Assembly (NCBI GenBank): GCA_038279365.1
Contig: JAYODI010000020.1
Span: 1-19,855, forward strand
Origin: Candidatus Latescibacterota bacterium
GTDB lineage: Bacteria > Latescibacterota > UBA2968
Length of the DNA: 19,855 nucleotides
Direction: 5' to 3'
Part shown: positions 8,897-17,363 of the stretch, in pieces
Position numbering within the stretch: the stretch's first letter is position 1
Layout of the letters: each line of letters opens with the position of its first letter
Translations under genes and position numbers: made by a program
Notes under the pieces: model-generated
What the model saw: the letters and a program-made list of their open reading frames with translations, nothing else
Databases searched by the model: none
What the model was told of the DNA's origin: nothing

Positions 8897-9712
8897 TTAT
8901 GGGGTGGCTTTGTAAAGCCGTGAACCTTTGTCTTCTTTGCGGTAATGAGGGGCTGAGATGACGGCTTTTTGTTTTTCGGTGAGATCATCATAAAAGGGTG
9001 GTGGTGTGTAGGTGCCCATCAATCGCTCGGCTGTAACGCCCGTGTTGTAGCGCATGATCACAGAGCGCCGTTGGTGTTTGGCCACCCAAGGGAGTGAGCC
9101 GTGCATCAAGCATTCAACGAATAGAATGGCATCGCCTGCTTGGGCGGGAATTTGAACCATGCGCTCTTGGTGGGTTTGGTAGAGGCGGATGTCGTCGGGG
9201 CAAGGGTAATTGGCCTTGTGACTGCCGGGCAAACAAGCAAAACCGCCATCGTGAGGCCCCACATCACTGAGTTGTACGGCAATATTGGTCATGCCACAAA
9301 ACATGCGCCCATTGTGATAGCGATAGGTGCGCGAGCGGTCTAAAGGTTCACCGCCTTCATGAAACCAAAACCCTTCTGCACCTTCGTCCATGGTGATGAT
9401 GCTCATGGCTTCTAGGCGAAAACCTGGGCCGAGTAAATTTTCCAAATAGGGGGTGAGCTTTTCATGCACCATCATGTCGCGAAAAATATGGCAATGAGGT
9501 TTGTCCCAGGTGAGCATGCCACTCAAGTCACCACGTCCAATACGACCTTTTAGGGATGTAGATTCTCGGGCCAAATCGTTTGGGCGAATTTGAACTTTGT
9601 GGGCATGGTGATCGATGGCTGCATTGGCGAAAGCAATTTCTTCAGTTGATAAGACATTTTTGATAACCAAATAGCCATGTACGTCAAAAAGATATTTGTC
9701 TGTGTCGGTCAT
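8897..9712 (-). CDS. Phytanoyl-CoA dioxygenase (PhyH) family protein
   Basis: YLFDVHGYLVIKNVLS, DGGFACLPGSHK, AGDAILFVECLMHGSLPW and RRSV. Confidence 0.9.
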   Translation of the reverse strand: MTDTDKYLFDVHGYLVIKNVLSTEEIAFANAAIDHHAHKVQIRPNDLARESTSLKGRIGRGDLSGMLTWDKPHCHIFRDMMVHEKLTPYLENLLGPGFRLEAMSIITMDEGAEGFWFHEGGEPLDRSRTYRYHNGRMFCGMTNIAVQLSDVGPHDGGFACLPGSHKANYPCPDDIRLYQTHQERMVQIPAQAGDAILFVECLMHGSLPWVAKHQRRSVIMRYNTGVTAERLMGTYTPPPFYDDLTEKQKAVISAPHYRKEDKGSRLYKATP

Positions 9713-9809
9713 TTTGAGATTCTGGGTGAAGGTTTATAGGTGGTGATACACATTTCATGATTTGTGTAGAACAAAGGAAAGATGATCCGATTCTTTTATT
9801 CGTGTTATC

Positions 9810-9839
9810 AAGGTAGCACTGTTTACAAGCGAAAATCAA
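9810..9839 (-). promoter_or_regulatory. Putative sigma70 promoter for the PhyH-family gene
   Basis: TTGATT-N18-TACCTT with extended -10 TG, about 100 nt upstream of the ATG. Confidence 0.4.
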
Positions 9840-9950
9840 GTTGTTTGTGGGGTGTTTCTGTGTGATTTAGGAAGTGTTGTTCTCTGTCTTGTTCGGGGTG
9901 TGATGAGGGAGGTGTATAAAGAGGTTTTTAGGTGGTTTCCAAATTTTTTC

Positions 9951-9979
9951 TTGACGCACGGTTTTTGATTCTCTATATT
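9951..9979 (+). promoter_or_regulatory. Near-consensus sigma70 promoter
   Basis: TTGACG-N17-TATATT with an AT-rich tract upstream. Confidence 0.7.
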
Positions 9980-9985
9980 TTTCCC

Positions 9986-10118
9986 GACTGGCCTATGAAA
10001 AAAACAATAGTTTGAAACTCATTGAGTTTCAGCAGGATAGCCACTCCAGTCCTTGAGGCGCCTGCTCGTTCCTTCACTTTTTTGGTGATTTGGTGGATGA
10101 ACGAGTAGGCGTTTTTTT
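9986..10118 (+). ncRNA. Candidate structured small RNA (about 133 nt), family not recognised
   Basis: Begins 7 nt after the -10 box. 5' GACTGG pairs with CCAGTC (10046-10051), there is an inner hairpin tgaaactc-att-gagtttca, and it ends in a terminator. Confidence 0.55.
10058..10118 (+). terminator. Intrinsic terminator closing the sRNA candidate
   Basis: gcgcctgctcgttc ... gaacgagtaggcgt, a 14-bp stem with two G-U pairs, followed by a T-run. Confidence 0.75.
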
Positions 10119-10206
10119 ATTTTAAATTTGAATAAGTTTTTGAAATAAAATGATTAACGTATTTTGGGGGATTTGAGAGACAACCATCGGATGATGGCCC
10201 ATTTTT

Positions 10207-10382
10207 GCGCGAGTTCTTGGCGGGACGGCGCAGTCAATCGGTCACAAGTCTCAGGTCTTAAAGTCACAGGTTTAAACCATTACAAGTTTTTGGATTTTGA
10301 CTTGTGACCTGTTGACCTACGACTTGCAACCGATTTTTTGGGGTACATGAGAAAGGCCCTCGCGCGAGTTCTTGGCGGGACG
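10207..10382. repeat. 21-bp perfect direct repeat (two REP-like hairpins)
   Basis: gcgcgagttcttggcgggacg at 10207-10227 and 10362-10382. Confidence 0.9.
10236..10335. repeat. Long imperfect inverted repeat built from 7-8-nt tandem units
   Basis: Left arm aatcggtc-acaagtc-tcaggtc-ttaaagtc-acaggtt; right arm gacttgt-gacctgtt-gacctac-gacttgc-aaccgatt. Confidence 0.8.
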
Positions 10383-10801
10383 ACGCGAGGACCCCAAATC
10401 ACACCGACAGGTACATCCGGTGCGTTGTTTCTCTTTATTTTATGTTGTGACACAGCGGTTAAGCGTTGTGTTTCAAAAGTATACCGTAATTTTCTTTTTT
10501 GTGTATGTCATGAATGTGACGTGAATTTAACATTTTCATGATAGAAGAGAGGTTTTATGCCTATTTTTGAGAATAAAATTCTGATTTTAATGTGTTTATG
10601 TTAAAATGGTCTCGGTGCACATATATGCGCAGGTTTATACATATCCGAGATAAAAAATCCTCGGTATGATCTCTGACCAAGCCAGAAGCGCTGGAAAAAC
10701 GGTTTGTTAGAAAATATCTCGACGCAGGAATACCATTTGGTCTTAAGAGAGTGGATGAATGGCATCAAAAAACGCACAGCGAAAGACATCGAAGAGATGC
10801 T

Positions 10802-11764
10802 TTAAGTGAGATAACCAAGCTGTTGCAGGTACAGCATTTGAATATTGGGATCTTTGATCTGGTTCAGGATGTGGAAAAAGGCATAGCTGACTTTAATTGC
10901 GTGATCGGCACCACCGAGTTGTAATGCACTTGGCGATTCGATCTTTGGGTCGTAAGTATTCCAATAATTGGCTGTGAGGGGGCTAAATTCTGCAGGTTGA
11001 AAATGAAGCAGATCCCCTTGTTCATCATCGGGTGGGAGGCTTCGGAGTAAGAGGATGTGTGTTTGGTGCGCCAGATACCCTTTTTGTGACAGGTCTATAT
11101 AACCCATCTCTGCCAATTCAAGGAGCGCACAGGTGTGGGTGATCAGATGAACCTGGCCACCATACCCTTTTCGTTTGATTCTATCAGACGCAGTGAGTTC
11201 TTGAAACGCTGCTTGGATGACGGTTTCAATGTTTTGGTAGGGGGCAAAGTGTTTTTCGGGTTCTACAGGAATGCCAGACATCCATCCTTTTTCTTTTCCA
11301 TAATATCCTCTGCCTGGCGAATCGTTGAATTTTTCAATGAGCTTGCAAATGCCTTCCACGATGGTTGGTGTGATCATATGTGGCATTTGCCGAAGTCCTT
11401 TTAAGGCCAACGAGGCAAAAATGGTGCAGTGACCACTTTGGCGAAGCATCGCGATTTTTTGATCTAAGGCTGAGACAATTTGTGTGAGTAAGTTTGGGTT
11501 GTTTTGTTCGTTTGGATGAGGTGCAAAAAGGGAGTCTTGTTTTTCTGCGGCTTTGGTTTGTGGATCCCAAAATTGTCCGTTTTCTTCAATTAAGGTATCC
11601 ACCAAATTTTGGAATGGTTTTTGAGCGGATGCTTCCAAGTCGTTTTCTTTGCAAAAATAATATGCTGCAATAATGGCGGCGCCAGTATGCCCTTGCATCG
11701 CACTTTTGGTCCAGGCACGACTGAGTGCCGTAAGCCCTTTTTTTAAATAGTCGTCGCTTAACAT
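10802..11764 (-). CDS. Hypothetical helical His-rich protein (possible metalloenzyme)
   Basis: Long ORF (open to 11824); ATG 11764 has GGAG upstream. Motifs GHTGAA, SGHCTIFA, VHLITH and DHAIK. Confidence 0.7.
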   Translation of the reverse strand: MLSDDYLKKGLTALSRAWTKSAMQGHTGAAIIAAYYFCKENDLEASAQKPFQNLVDTLIEENGQFWDPQTKAAEKQDSLFAPHPNEQNNPNLLTQIVSALDQKIAMLRQSGHCTIFASLALKGLRQMPHMITPTIVEGICKLIEKFNDSPGRGYYGKEKGWMSGIPVEPEKHFAPYQNIETVIQAAFQELTASDRIKRKGYGGQVHLITHTCALLELAEMGYIDLSQKGYLAHQTHILLLRSLPPDDEQGDLLHFQPAEFSPLTANYWNTYDPKIESPSALQLGGADHAIKVSYAFFHILNQIKDPNIQMLYLQQLGYLT

Positions 11765-11891
11765 TGGGGGCATCTCCAAGATATATCCAGGATTTTCTTG
11801 TTTGGATGAAAACGCAATATACATAAAGAAAAATTTTGCACATCAGATTATCGTTCGGTATGCTCTCTGTACTTTTGGACAGGGTGAGATG

Positions 11892-11955
11892 AAAAAAAAA
11901 GCCACACGTCTCTGATTGTTTGCTTTATGGGCAAACAAATGGGAAACGTGTGGCT
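11892..11955 (-). terminator. Intrinsic terminator of the ATP-grasp/decarboxylase operon
   Basis: aagccacacgt...acgtgtggctt outer stem with inner ttgtttgc/gcaaacaa stem; the A9 run gives a U-tract on the minus strand about 20 nt past the decarboxylase stop. Confidence 0.85.
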
Positions 11956-11976
11956 TGGATACCTACTCGTGAGCGT

Positions 11977-13380
11977 TTAGACCATGAGTAGGTTATTTTT
12001 TTGCTGAAATTCGGGGTAACGGTCTTCAAATTGCTCGGTGTGGGTGACCCGTGTTGTTTCACCATCTGTGCTGTGATAGAGGGTTTGGCAAACAGGTTTG
12101 ATAAAGCGTTGTGACAAGGTTTGTACGTAAGAACCTTGTGCGGGCAAGATGAGGATGTCGTCTATTTCCATTTTTTCGGCATAACATGTGAAACCCCACA
12201 AATCGTGTGGGGTACACAAACTGCCATAAACGCGAATTTTGTGTTGTGTTTTTGATGGATGGGTGAGGTTGATGAGTGGGCAATGTTCCGATTCGAGCTT
12301 TTCCCAGCCCAACAAATTGGTGCCCCCATCGGTAATGGCCACATCGTCACCTTTGATGTCGCGCACTTGCAAAAAGATGTGAACCGCGGCGTTTACGATA
12401 TAGCGCCCTGGTTCGAGCCAAATTTGTGGGTTGCCCAATGGCGCAAGATGTTGATCTACGGCTTTGAGAATGTCTTGGGCCATGTCTTCGATGGGTTGTA
12501 CGGGGTGCAAAAGATATTGCATATCCCAATCGGCGGGTGGCTGATTGGGGTCTTTGCCTTCCAAAAGGGCACGCAAGCGATTTTGGGGTGTCATCCAAGG
12601 GTAAATAGCTTCGTCATCTTCAGGATAATACCCACCGCCAATGTCAATGAACTTCCAACCCTTTTGAGGGGCATTGGCCTTGAGCACGGGGCCTAATTCG
12701 GCCAATGTGTTTTGGTAGCCTTTGGATTGGCGATTCCAACTGAGGTGAAATTGAACGCCTTGTAATTCTATGTTTTCAAAAGCAGAAGTGGTGCGCACAA
12801 ATTCGGGCAATGCACTAAGTGGAATGCCAAACTTGGTCCACAGACCGTGAGCTCCAATGTTGAGACGAATGCCTGCGCGTATGGTCACGCCATTTTCAGA
12901 TGCGAGGGTATTGAGTCGTTCGCGTTCTTGAAAGCTGTCTAAGTGCACCGTGACACGATCGGCATTGTCTACGGCCAATCGCAATTCGTCATCGGTTTTG
13001 GCAGGGCCACTAAATACGATGTGTTGAAAGCCCAATTGCAATGCCAATTCGAGCTCCAAACCACTGGAAGCATCGGCGCTTAAGCCTGCTTTTTGAATGG
13101 CTTGTACGATGGAAAAAGTCGGATTGGCCTTAAAAGCATAATGAATGCGTATGGCATGCTTTTGTTGTGCAAATGCGCGTTGAAAGCGGTGAATTTGCCG
13201 CAACAGACGTTTTTCATCCACCACATAGGCAGGTGTGCCAAAGGTTTGGGCCATGTCGAGTAAGGTGTCGCGTTCTGCAAGAACGTCACTGACCAAACCT
13301 GTGAGTTCCCCTTTGTAAAGCGGGGTGTGATCTTTGTCTAAGAATGTATCAAGAGCTTCATGGAGGTCTTTATTTTTCAT
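11977..13380 (-). CDS. Fold-type III PLP-dependent decarboxylase (diaminopimelate/ornithine decarboxylase family), substrate uncertain
   Basis: FGTPAYVVD, YAFKAN (PLP lysine), ASSGLEL, SGPAKT, KFGI, DIGGG, EPGRYIV, GSLCTPHD and GSY. ATG 13380 chosen because it avoids overlap with the upstream gene. Confidence 0.9.
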   Translation of the reverse strand: MKNKDLHEALDTFLDKDHTPLYKGELTGLVSDVLAERDTLLDMAQTFGTPAYVVDEKRLLRQIHRFQRAFAQQKHAIRIHYAFKANPTFSIVQAIQKAGLSADASSGLELELALQLGFQHIVFSGPAKTDDELRLAVDNADRVTVHLDSFQERERLNTLASENGVTIRAGIRLNIGAHGLWTKFGIPLSALPEFVRTTSAFENIELQGVQFHLSWNRQSKGYQNTLAELGPVLKANAPQKGWKFIDIGGGYYPEDDEAIYPWMTPQNRLRALLEGKDPNQPPADWDMQYLLHPVQPIEDMAQDILKAVDQHLAPLGNPQIWLEPGRYIVNAAVHIFLQVRDIKGDDVAITDGGTNLLGWEKLESEHCPLINLTHPSKTQHKIRVYGSLCTPHDLWGFTCYAEKMEIDDILILPAQGSYVQTLSQRFIKPVCQTLYHSTDGETTRVTHTEQFEDRYPEFQQKNNLLMV

Positions 13381-13414
13381 GGTTCTTTCTATTTGGCTAA
13401 ATAAGTGATGGTAT

Positions 13415-14653
13415 TTACGCGCTTTTTTTAATTTTTTCTTTGCGCTTGGCAACGGATTTGAGCTTGATATCTATGCGCTTGGTAAGCATTTCGACCAAGA
13501 TCGGTAAGTCATCAGATTTGACACATTGGACGATACACGATGCCAAGATGCTGTCGTCATAACTGCCTGCCCAAGATCGCAACTCGTCCCCTTTGAGATG
13601 ATAAGGGTCTACGTGCAAAACAACAGGATGTTGTTTTAATCGGTCAAAATTAATGTCTTCAATAATGCCATTTTGATCGGTAATAAGATGCAGTGCTGCC
13701 ACGGGCTTGGGGCGATCTATGCTGGGTAAGTCGGGCGTTTTGCCCAAGGCCACTTCACAAGCAATGCGAATGGGGTCATACCCTGTGGCATGTAGACACA
13801 AATCTGGCAGACAGTCACCACCTGGGCGCAAGGCCATTTCGAGTAAATAAAGTTTGTTGCGCATCCAAATGGCGTCTACCATCACAATGCCACTTTTGAC
13901 ACCCAAGGCCATCACACCCCGTAAAAAGGTGGTGTGAATGGTATCGCGCATGCTACCTGTTATATTGGCAGGGTAATAGGCACCTACCAAACCTGCACGG
14001 CCTTGACAGGGCAAAAGATATTTTTCTGTTAGGCGTAAAATGTGAACATTGCCCCGTTCGACATATAAGTCTGCACTAAATTCACGGCCAGAAACACATT
14101 GTTGGGCAAGGTAGGTCGAATGGCCAATGCCTGCGGTAATGCGTGCATGGGCCTCTATCAGATCCTCTGAATTTTCGACCCGAAGCACCCAAGCACTGCC
14201 TGATCCTTCTGCGGGTTTGAGGATGTATGGGCCATCGGTTTGTGTGGCAAAGTCGAGCAGGTCATTGAGGTCGCGTATTTTTTGTGTTGTGGGTGTTGTG
14301 ACCCCTTCGCGTTGCCAGGCCATGTTCGATTTGTGTTTGTCACGTGTGCGTTGTACGAGCGCATCGGAATGAAAATGCAAATTCAGTGCTTGAGCAAGCG
14401 CTGCTGTTTCGCTCATGGCTTCGCATATAAATGTGGTGATCCCTGCAAACGTGACGTTGTGTTTGCGTGCCCATTCTGCAACGGTTTGATGTGTTTCTGC
14501 TGCGTTTTCCAAATCGACTGCAATGACGTGGGGATGATGTTTGAGTTCCTTGGCACGTTGTTTGGTCGCAACAAAAACGGCATCGGGCACGGTGTTTAAG
14601 ACACGACGCGCATAATCATCGCTGGGTTGCACAACAAGGAGTGTTTCGCTCAT
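13415..14653 (-). CDS. ATP-grasp domain protein (L-amino acid ligase-like) 3
   Basis: RDKHKS, PYILKPAEGSGS, GREFSAD and LLEMALRPGGD; start directly abuts the upstream stop. Confidence 0.88.
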   Translation of the reverse strand: MSETLLVVQPSDDYARRVLNTVPDAVFVATKQRAKELKHHPHVIAVDLENAAETHQTVAEWARKHNVTFAGITTFICEAMSETAALAQALNLHFHSDALVQRTRDKHKSNMAWQREGVTTPTTQKIRDLNDLLDFATQTDGPYILKPAEGSGSAWVLRVENSEDLIEAHARITAGIGHSTYLAQQCVSGREFSADLYVERGNVHILRLTEKYLLPCQGRAGLVGAYYPANITGSMRDTIHTTFLRGVMALGVKSGIVMVDAIWMRNKLYLLEMALRPGGDCLPDLCLHATGYDPIRIACEVALGKTPDLPSIDRPKPVAALHLITDQNGIIEDINFDRLKQHPVVLHVDPYHLKGDELRSWAGSYDDSILASCIVQCVKSDDLPILVEMLTKRIDIKLKSVAKRKEKIKKSA

Positions 14654-16006
14654 TTATGATACACTTTCAGATTGTTCATGTAAAATGGGTTGAGGGTCAA
14701 TGTGAAACTGAATTTGAGCATAGAGTTCTTCAAGTGTGTTGTTTGCTTCTTGAAGTGTGTTGCCAAATACCGATATGTATCCTAAAAATTCATATCCATG
14801 AGGAGGGGCGAGGAGTTTGTCACCCAATGAAAATTCAAAGTGTAGTTCGCTCAGACGAGGGTCTTTTCGAACGGCGTCTTCACCGTGAATGGCAATAAGC
14901 GTACCTGAGACGTCGGGCAAAAAGTAACGCATATGCATGGCCCCTTGGTAGGGATGGTCGGCATAAATGCGCGATTCACCCGTTGCAAGGCGCAAGCCTT
15001 CTTCATAAATGTCGATGTGCATGACACGTTTGAGAAAGTCGGTGATGTTGTCGGCACCGCGGCGGGCAGCAATTTCGATTACAAAGATGCCCTGCTCGTT
15101 GATTTTGAGCTCACAATGGAAACATGAGTTGGTGAGGCCCAAAGCATGCACGGCTTTTTCTACCGTGTCTTTGATGCGGCTTTCAGTGGTTGTTCCCAGT
15201 CGTGTGGGCATCCACTCTTCATATTCGAGAAAATAGTCGGTGTTTTTGATGCGCTCAATTTCAATGACGCCAAAACAAGAGACTTGCCCATTAGAAACAA
15301 TGCCATCTACGCTGATTTGTTGGCCGTGAATAAATCCTTCCAACAAAAAGTCGGTTTCGGGATTCATCACATCTGATGAGGCGATGCCGTGGCCTGCTTC
15401 GGGCAACCAAAATTCAAAAGGGTATTGTGGGTATTGCTCTTTATAGGTGCGAATATATGTTTGCACAGCATCTAAGTGCGCTTCAATTTCTTCTTGAGAG
15501 TCGGTTGGGTCTATGCGAATGACCCCGTAACTTGATGAGCCACTAAGAGGCTTAAGCACCATAGGTGCTTGGCGCTTTTGCACATGTTGATGAATGGCTT
15601 TTGCGTTGTGAACCAAGTGAAATTCTGGTACCGATAACTGGGCTTCTTTTAATGCTTTGCGCATGAGATATTTGTTGCGTGCCCGCAAGGCTGCACGTGG
15701 ATGGTTGCTGGGCAGGCCCAATTCTTGGGCCAAAAAACTGGCCATGAGCACACCTGTTTCTGAAAAACTGGTGATGCCATGAATGGGTTGTTTGGCATGT
15801 AACGTTTGCACTTGGGCAAGTGCTTGGTCAAAGTTTGTCTCAAAGTCGCAAGCGATGATGTTGTCAAAGCAGGCCTCATCGTTGATATCGGGCCGTTTTT
15901 TAAGCAGTGAAAAACAAAAACCTTTGCCTGCTTGTGCTTGCGTATAGGGGGTTGGGTCAATGGCTGTGTGAACGATGAGAATATGTTTCAAAAAACAACC
16001 TTTCAT
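14654..16006 (-). CDS. ATP-grasp domain protein (L-amino acid ligase-like) 2
   Basis: RNKYLMR, PMVLKPLSGSSSYGV, LLEGFIHGQQISVDG, FHCELK and IEIAARRG. Start is ATG 16006 or TTG 15991. Confidence 0.9.
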   Translation of the reverse strand: MKGCFLKHILIVHTAIDPTPYTQAQAGKGFCFSLLKKRPDINDEACFDNIIACDFETNFDQALAQVQTLHAKQPIHGITSFSETGVLMASFLAQELGLPSNHPRAALRARNKYLMRKALKEAQLSVPEFHLVHNAKAIHQHVQKRQAPMVLKPLSGSSSYGVIRIDPTDSQEEIEAHLDAVQTYIRTYKEQYPQYPFEFWLPEAGHGIASSDVMNPETDFLLEGFIHGQQISVDGIVSNGQVSCFGVIEIERIKNTDYFLEYEEWMPTRLGTTTESRIKDTVEKAVHALGLTNSCFHCELKINEQGIFVIEIAARRGADNITDFLKRVMHIDIYEEGLRLATGESRIYADHPYQGAMHMRYFLPDVSGTLIAIHGEDAVRKDPRLSELHFEFSLGDKLLAPPHGYEFLGYISVFGNTLQEANNTLEELYAQIQFHIDPQPILHEQSESVS

Positions 16007-16070
16007 AGATGAAAGATGAATGGCGAGAGATTTTTCTTCTTCCTTTTTACGTCTTTCTTCTTGCCGCTTC

Positions 16071-17363
16071 TTAGTCTGCAACATCACCATAAAGAATGGG
16101 TGCATTGGGGTTGATATCAAATGCACGAGAAACGCGATGGGTATGTAAATCCAGGCTGCGTTTGGCGGATGTGTAGTTTTTGCCCCATACGCTTACCCAC
16201 CCCAAGTTGTCGTAGGCTACGGGAGGTACTTCTACGCGGTCACCGTTTTGTTTGGTGTAAACAATTTCGATGAGTTTGTTGTTGCGCTTTGCATAGCGGA
16301 TGGGTTTGATGCGTACTAAACCGGGCTGTTCGGGCACCAAGGTGGTTGAAATACCCCAACCTTTTGGGCGAACAGGTGTGTGAATGGGCATGCCAATGGC
16401 CACACGGATATTTTCTTCGGCCAAATTAATGCCATAAACGCGTTTGACCAAAGGTTGAATGCAGTCGCCACCCATGCGGGCACCAATTTCGACAATGCGT
16501 GGGCCTTCGGGGGTGAGTTTGACTTCGGCATGAATTCCAGAGTGGGTTAAGCCTTGTGCTTTGACGCCACTGACCACCATGTCGCGAATGGCATTTTGAA
16601 CAGTTTGTGGAAAACGAGAGGGTGTGGTTTCGCCACGTTCTATAAATGAACCATCGTCCATTTTGGCTTTGTCAATAATGGCATAGAGGGTCACGTGGCC
16701 ATCTTTAACAACGCCTTCGACACTGACTTCTGGGCCAGACAAAAATTCTTCAAGCACAAACCGAGCGGGCGGATAGGGATATAAGCTATCTTGCACACGG
16801 GCACGGTTGCGATTTTCGCGATAAATTTTAAGGGCATGCTCGGCATTTTCAACGCGGGTAACCCATTCGCTGTCGGCACCCCATTCGGGTTTGAGCACGG
16901 CAGGTAATTTGAGTTCTCGGCAGGCTTGAATGAGTGATTCTTCGCCTGTAATAAGGCGGAAATTGGGAACGGGCACACCGGCATTTTTGAATGCTTCACG
17001 CATGTGATATTTGCTGCGTGCATTCATGGCGGCTTTGGGCGTGTTGCCTGGCAAACCTAAGTGTTGGGCAATTTCGGCACAGGTGGGTACGTCTTCTTCC
17101 CAGAATGTGACCACGCCTGTGAGTTTGACACGTTGATGTAGTTCTTCAACAAGAATGAGAATATCGGCAAGGGTTTTGCCGTGGGTATAAATCGTTTCTT
17201 GGGCATAATCATCTGCCCAGCCGGGGTTGGCATTGAGAAGGTAAATTTCAATACCCATTTCGGCAGCGGTTTCGAAGGTGAGGCGCTTTTTGACGGAGCC
17301 GCTGTGTACAAAAAGCAATTTGGGGCACGTAGGTGCGGGTGTGAGGGGTTGGTTATCTATCAT
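16071..17363 (-). CDS. ATP-grasp domain protein (L-amino acid ligase-like) 1
   Basis: RSKYHMREAF, PAVLKP, LEEFLSGPEVSVEG, IHAEVK and VEIGARMGGD; GGAGG RBS. Confidence 0.92.
   Translation of the reverse strand: MIDNQPLTPAPTCPKLLFVHSGSVKKRLTFETAAEMGIEIYLLNANPGWADDYAQETIYTHGKTLADILILVEELHQRVKLTGVVTFWEEDVPTCAEIAQHLGLPGNTPKAAMNARSKYHMREAFKNAGVPVPNFRLITGEESLIQACRELKLPAVLKPEWGADSEWVTRVENAEHALKIYRENRNRARVQDSLYPYPPARFVLEEFLSGPEVSVEGVVKDGHVTLYAIIDKAKMDDGSFIERGETTPSRFPQTVQNAIRDMVVSGVKAQGLTHSGIHAEVKLTPEGPRIVEIGARMGGDCIQPLVKRVYGINLAEENIRVAIGMPIHTPVRPKGWGISTTLVPEQPGLVRIKPIRYAKRNNKLIEIVYTKQNGDRVEVPPVAYDNLGWVSVWGKNYTSAKRSLDLHTHRVSRAFDINPNAPILYGDVAD

Noticed and set aside
10048-10060. PyrR-binding loop (AGUCC..GAGGC)
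   Set aside because: Spacing is one nucleotide shorter than ARUCCNGNGAGGY and no pyrimidine gene follows.
10162-10397. CRISPR array
   Set aside because: Only two repeat copies, a 134-nt self-complementary spacer, and no cas genes in the window.
10557-10805. Possible decayed small plus-strand gene (GAGG-ATG at 10557; tail ..REWMNGIKKRTAKDIEEML*)
   Set aside because: Fragments are short and interrupted, and I recognise no family.
13381-13452. N-terminal extension of the decarboxylase ORF
   Set aside because: It overlaps the upstream gene's Lys-rich end; ATG 13380 is more plausible.
16007-16126. N-terminal extension of the second ATP-grasp ORF
   Set aside because: It overlaps the upstream gene and translates a low-complexity purine-rich spacer.
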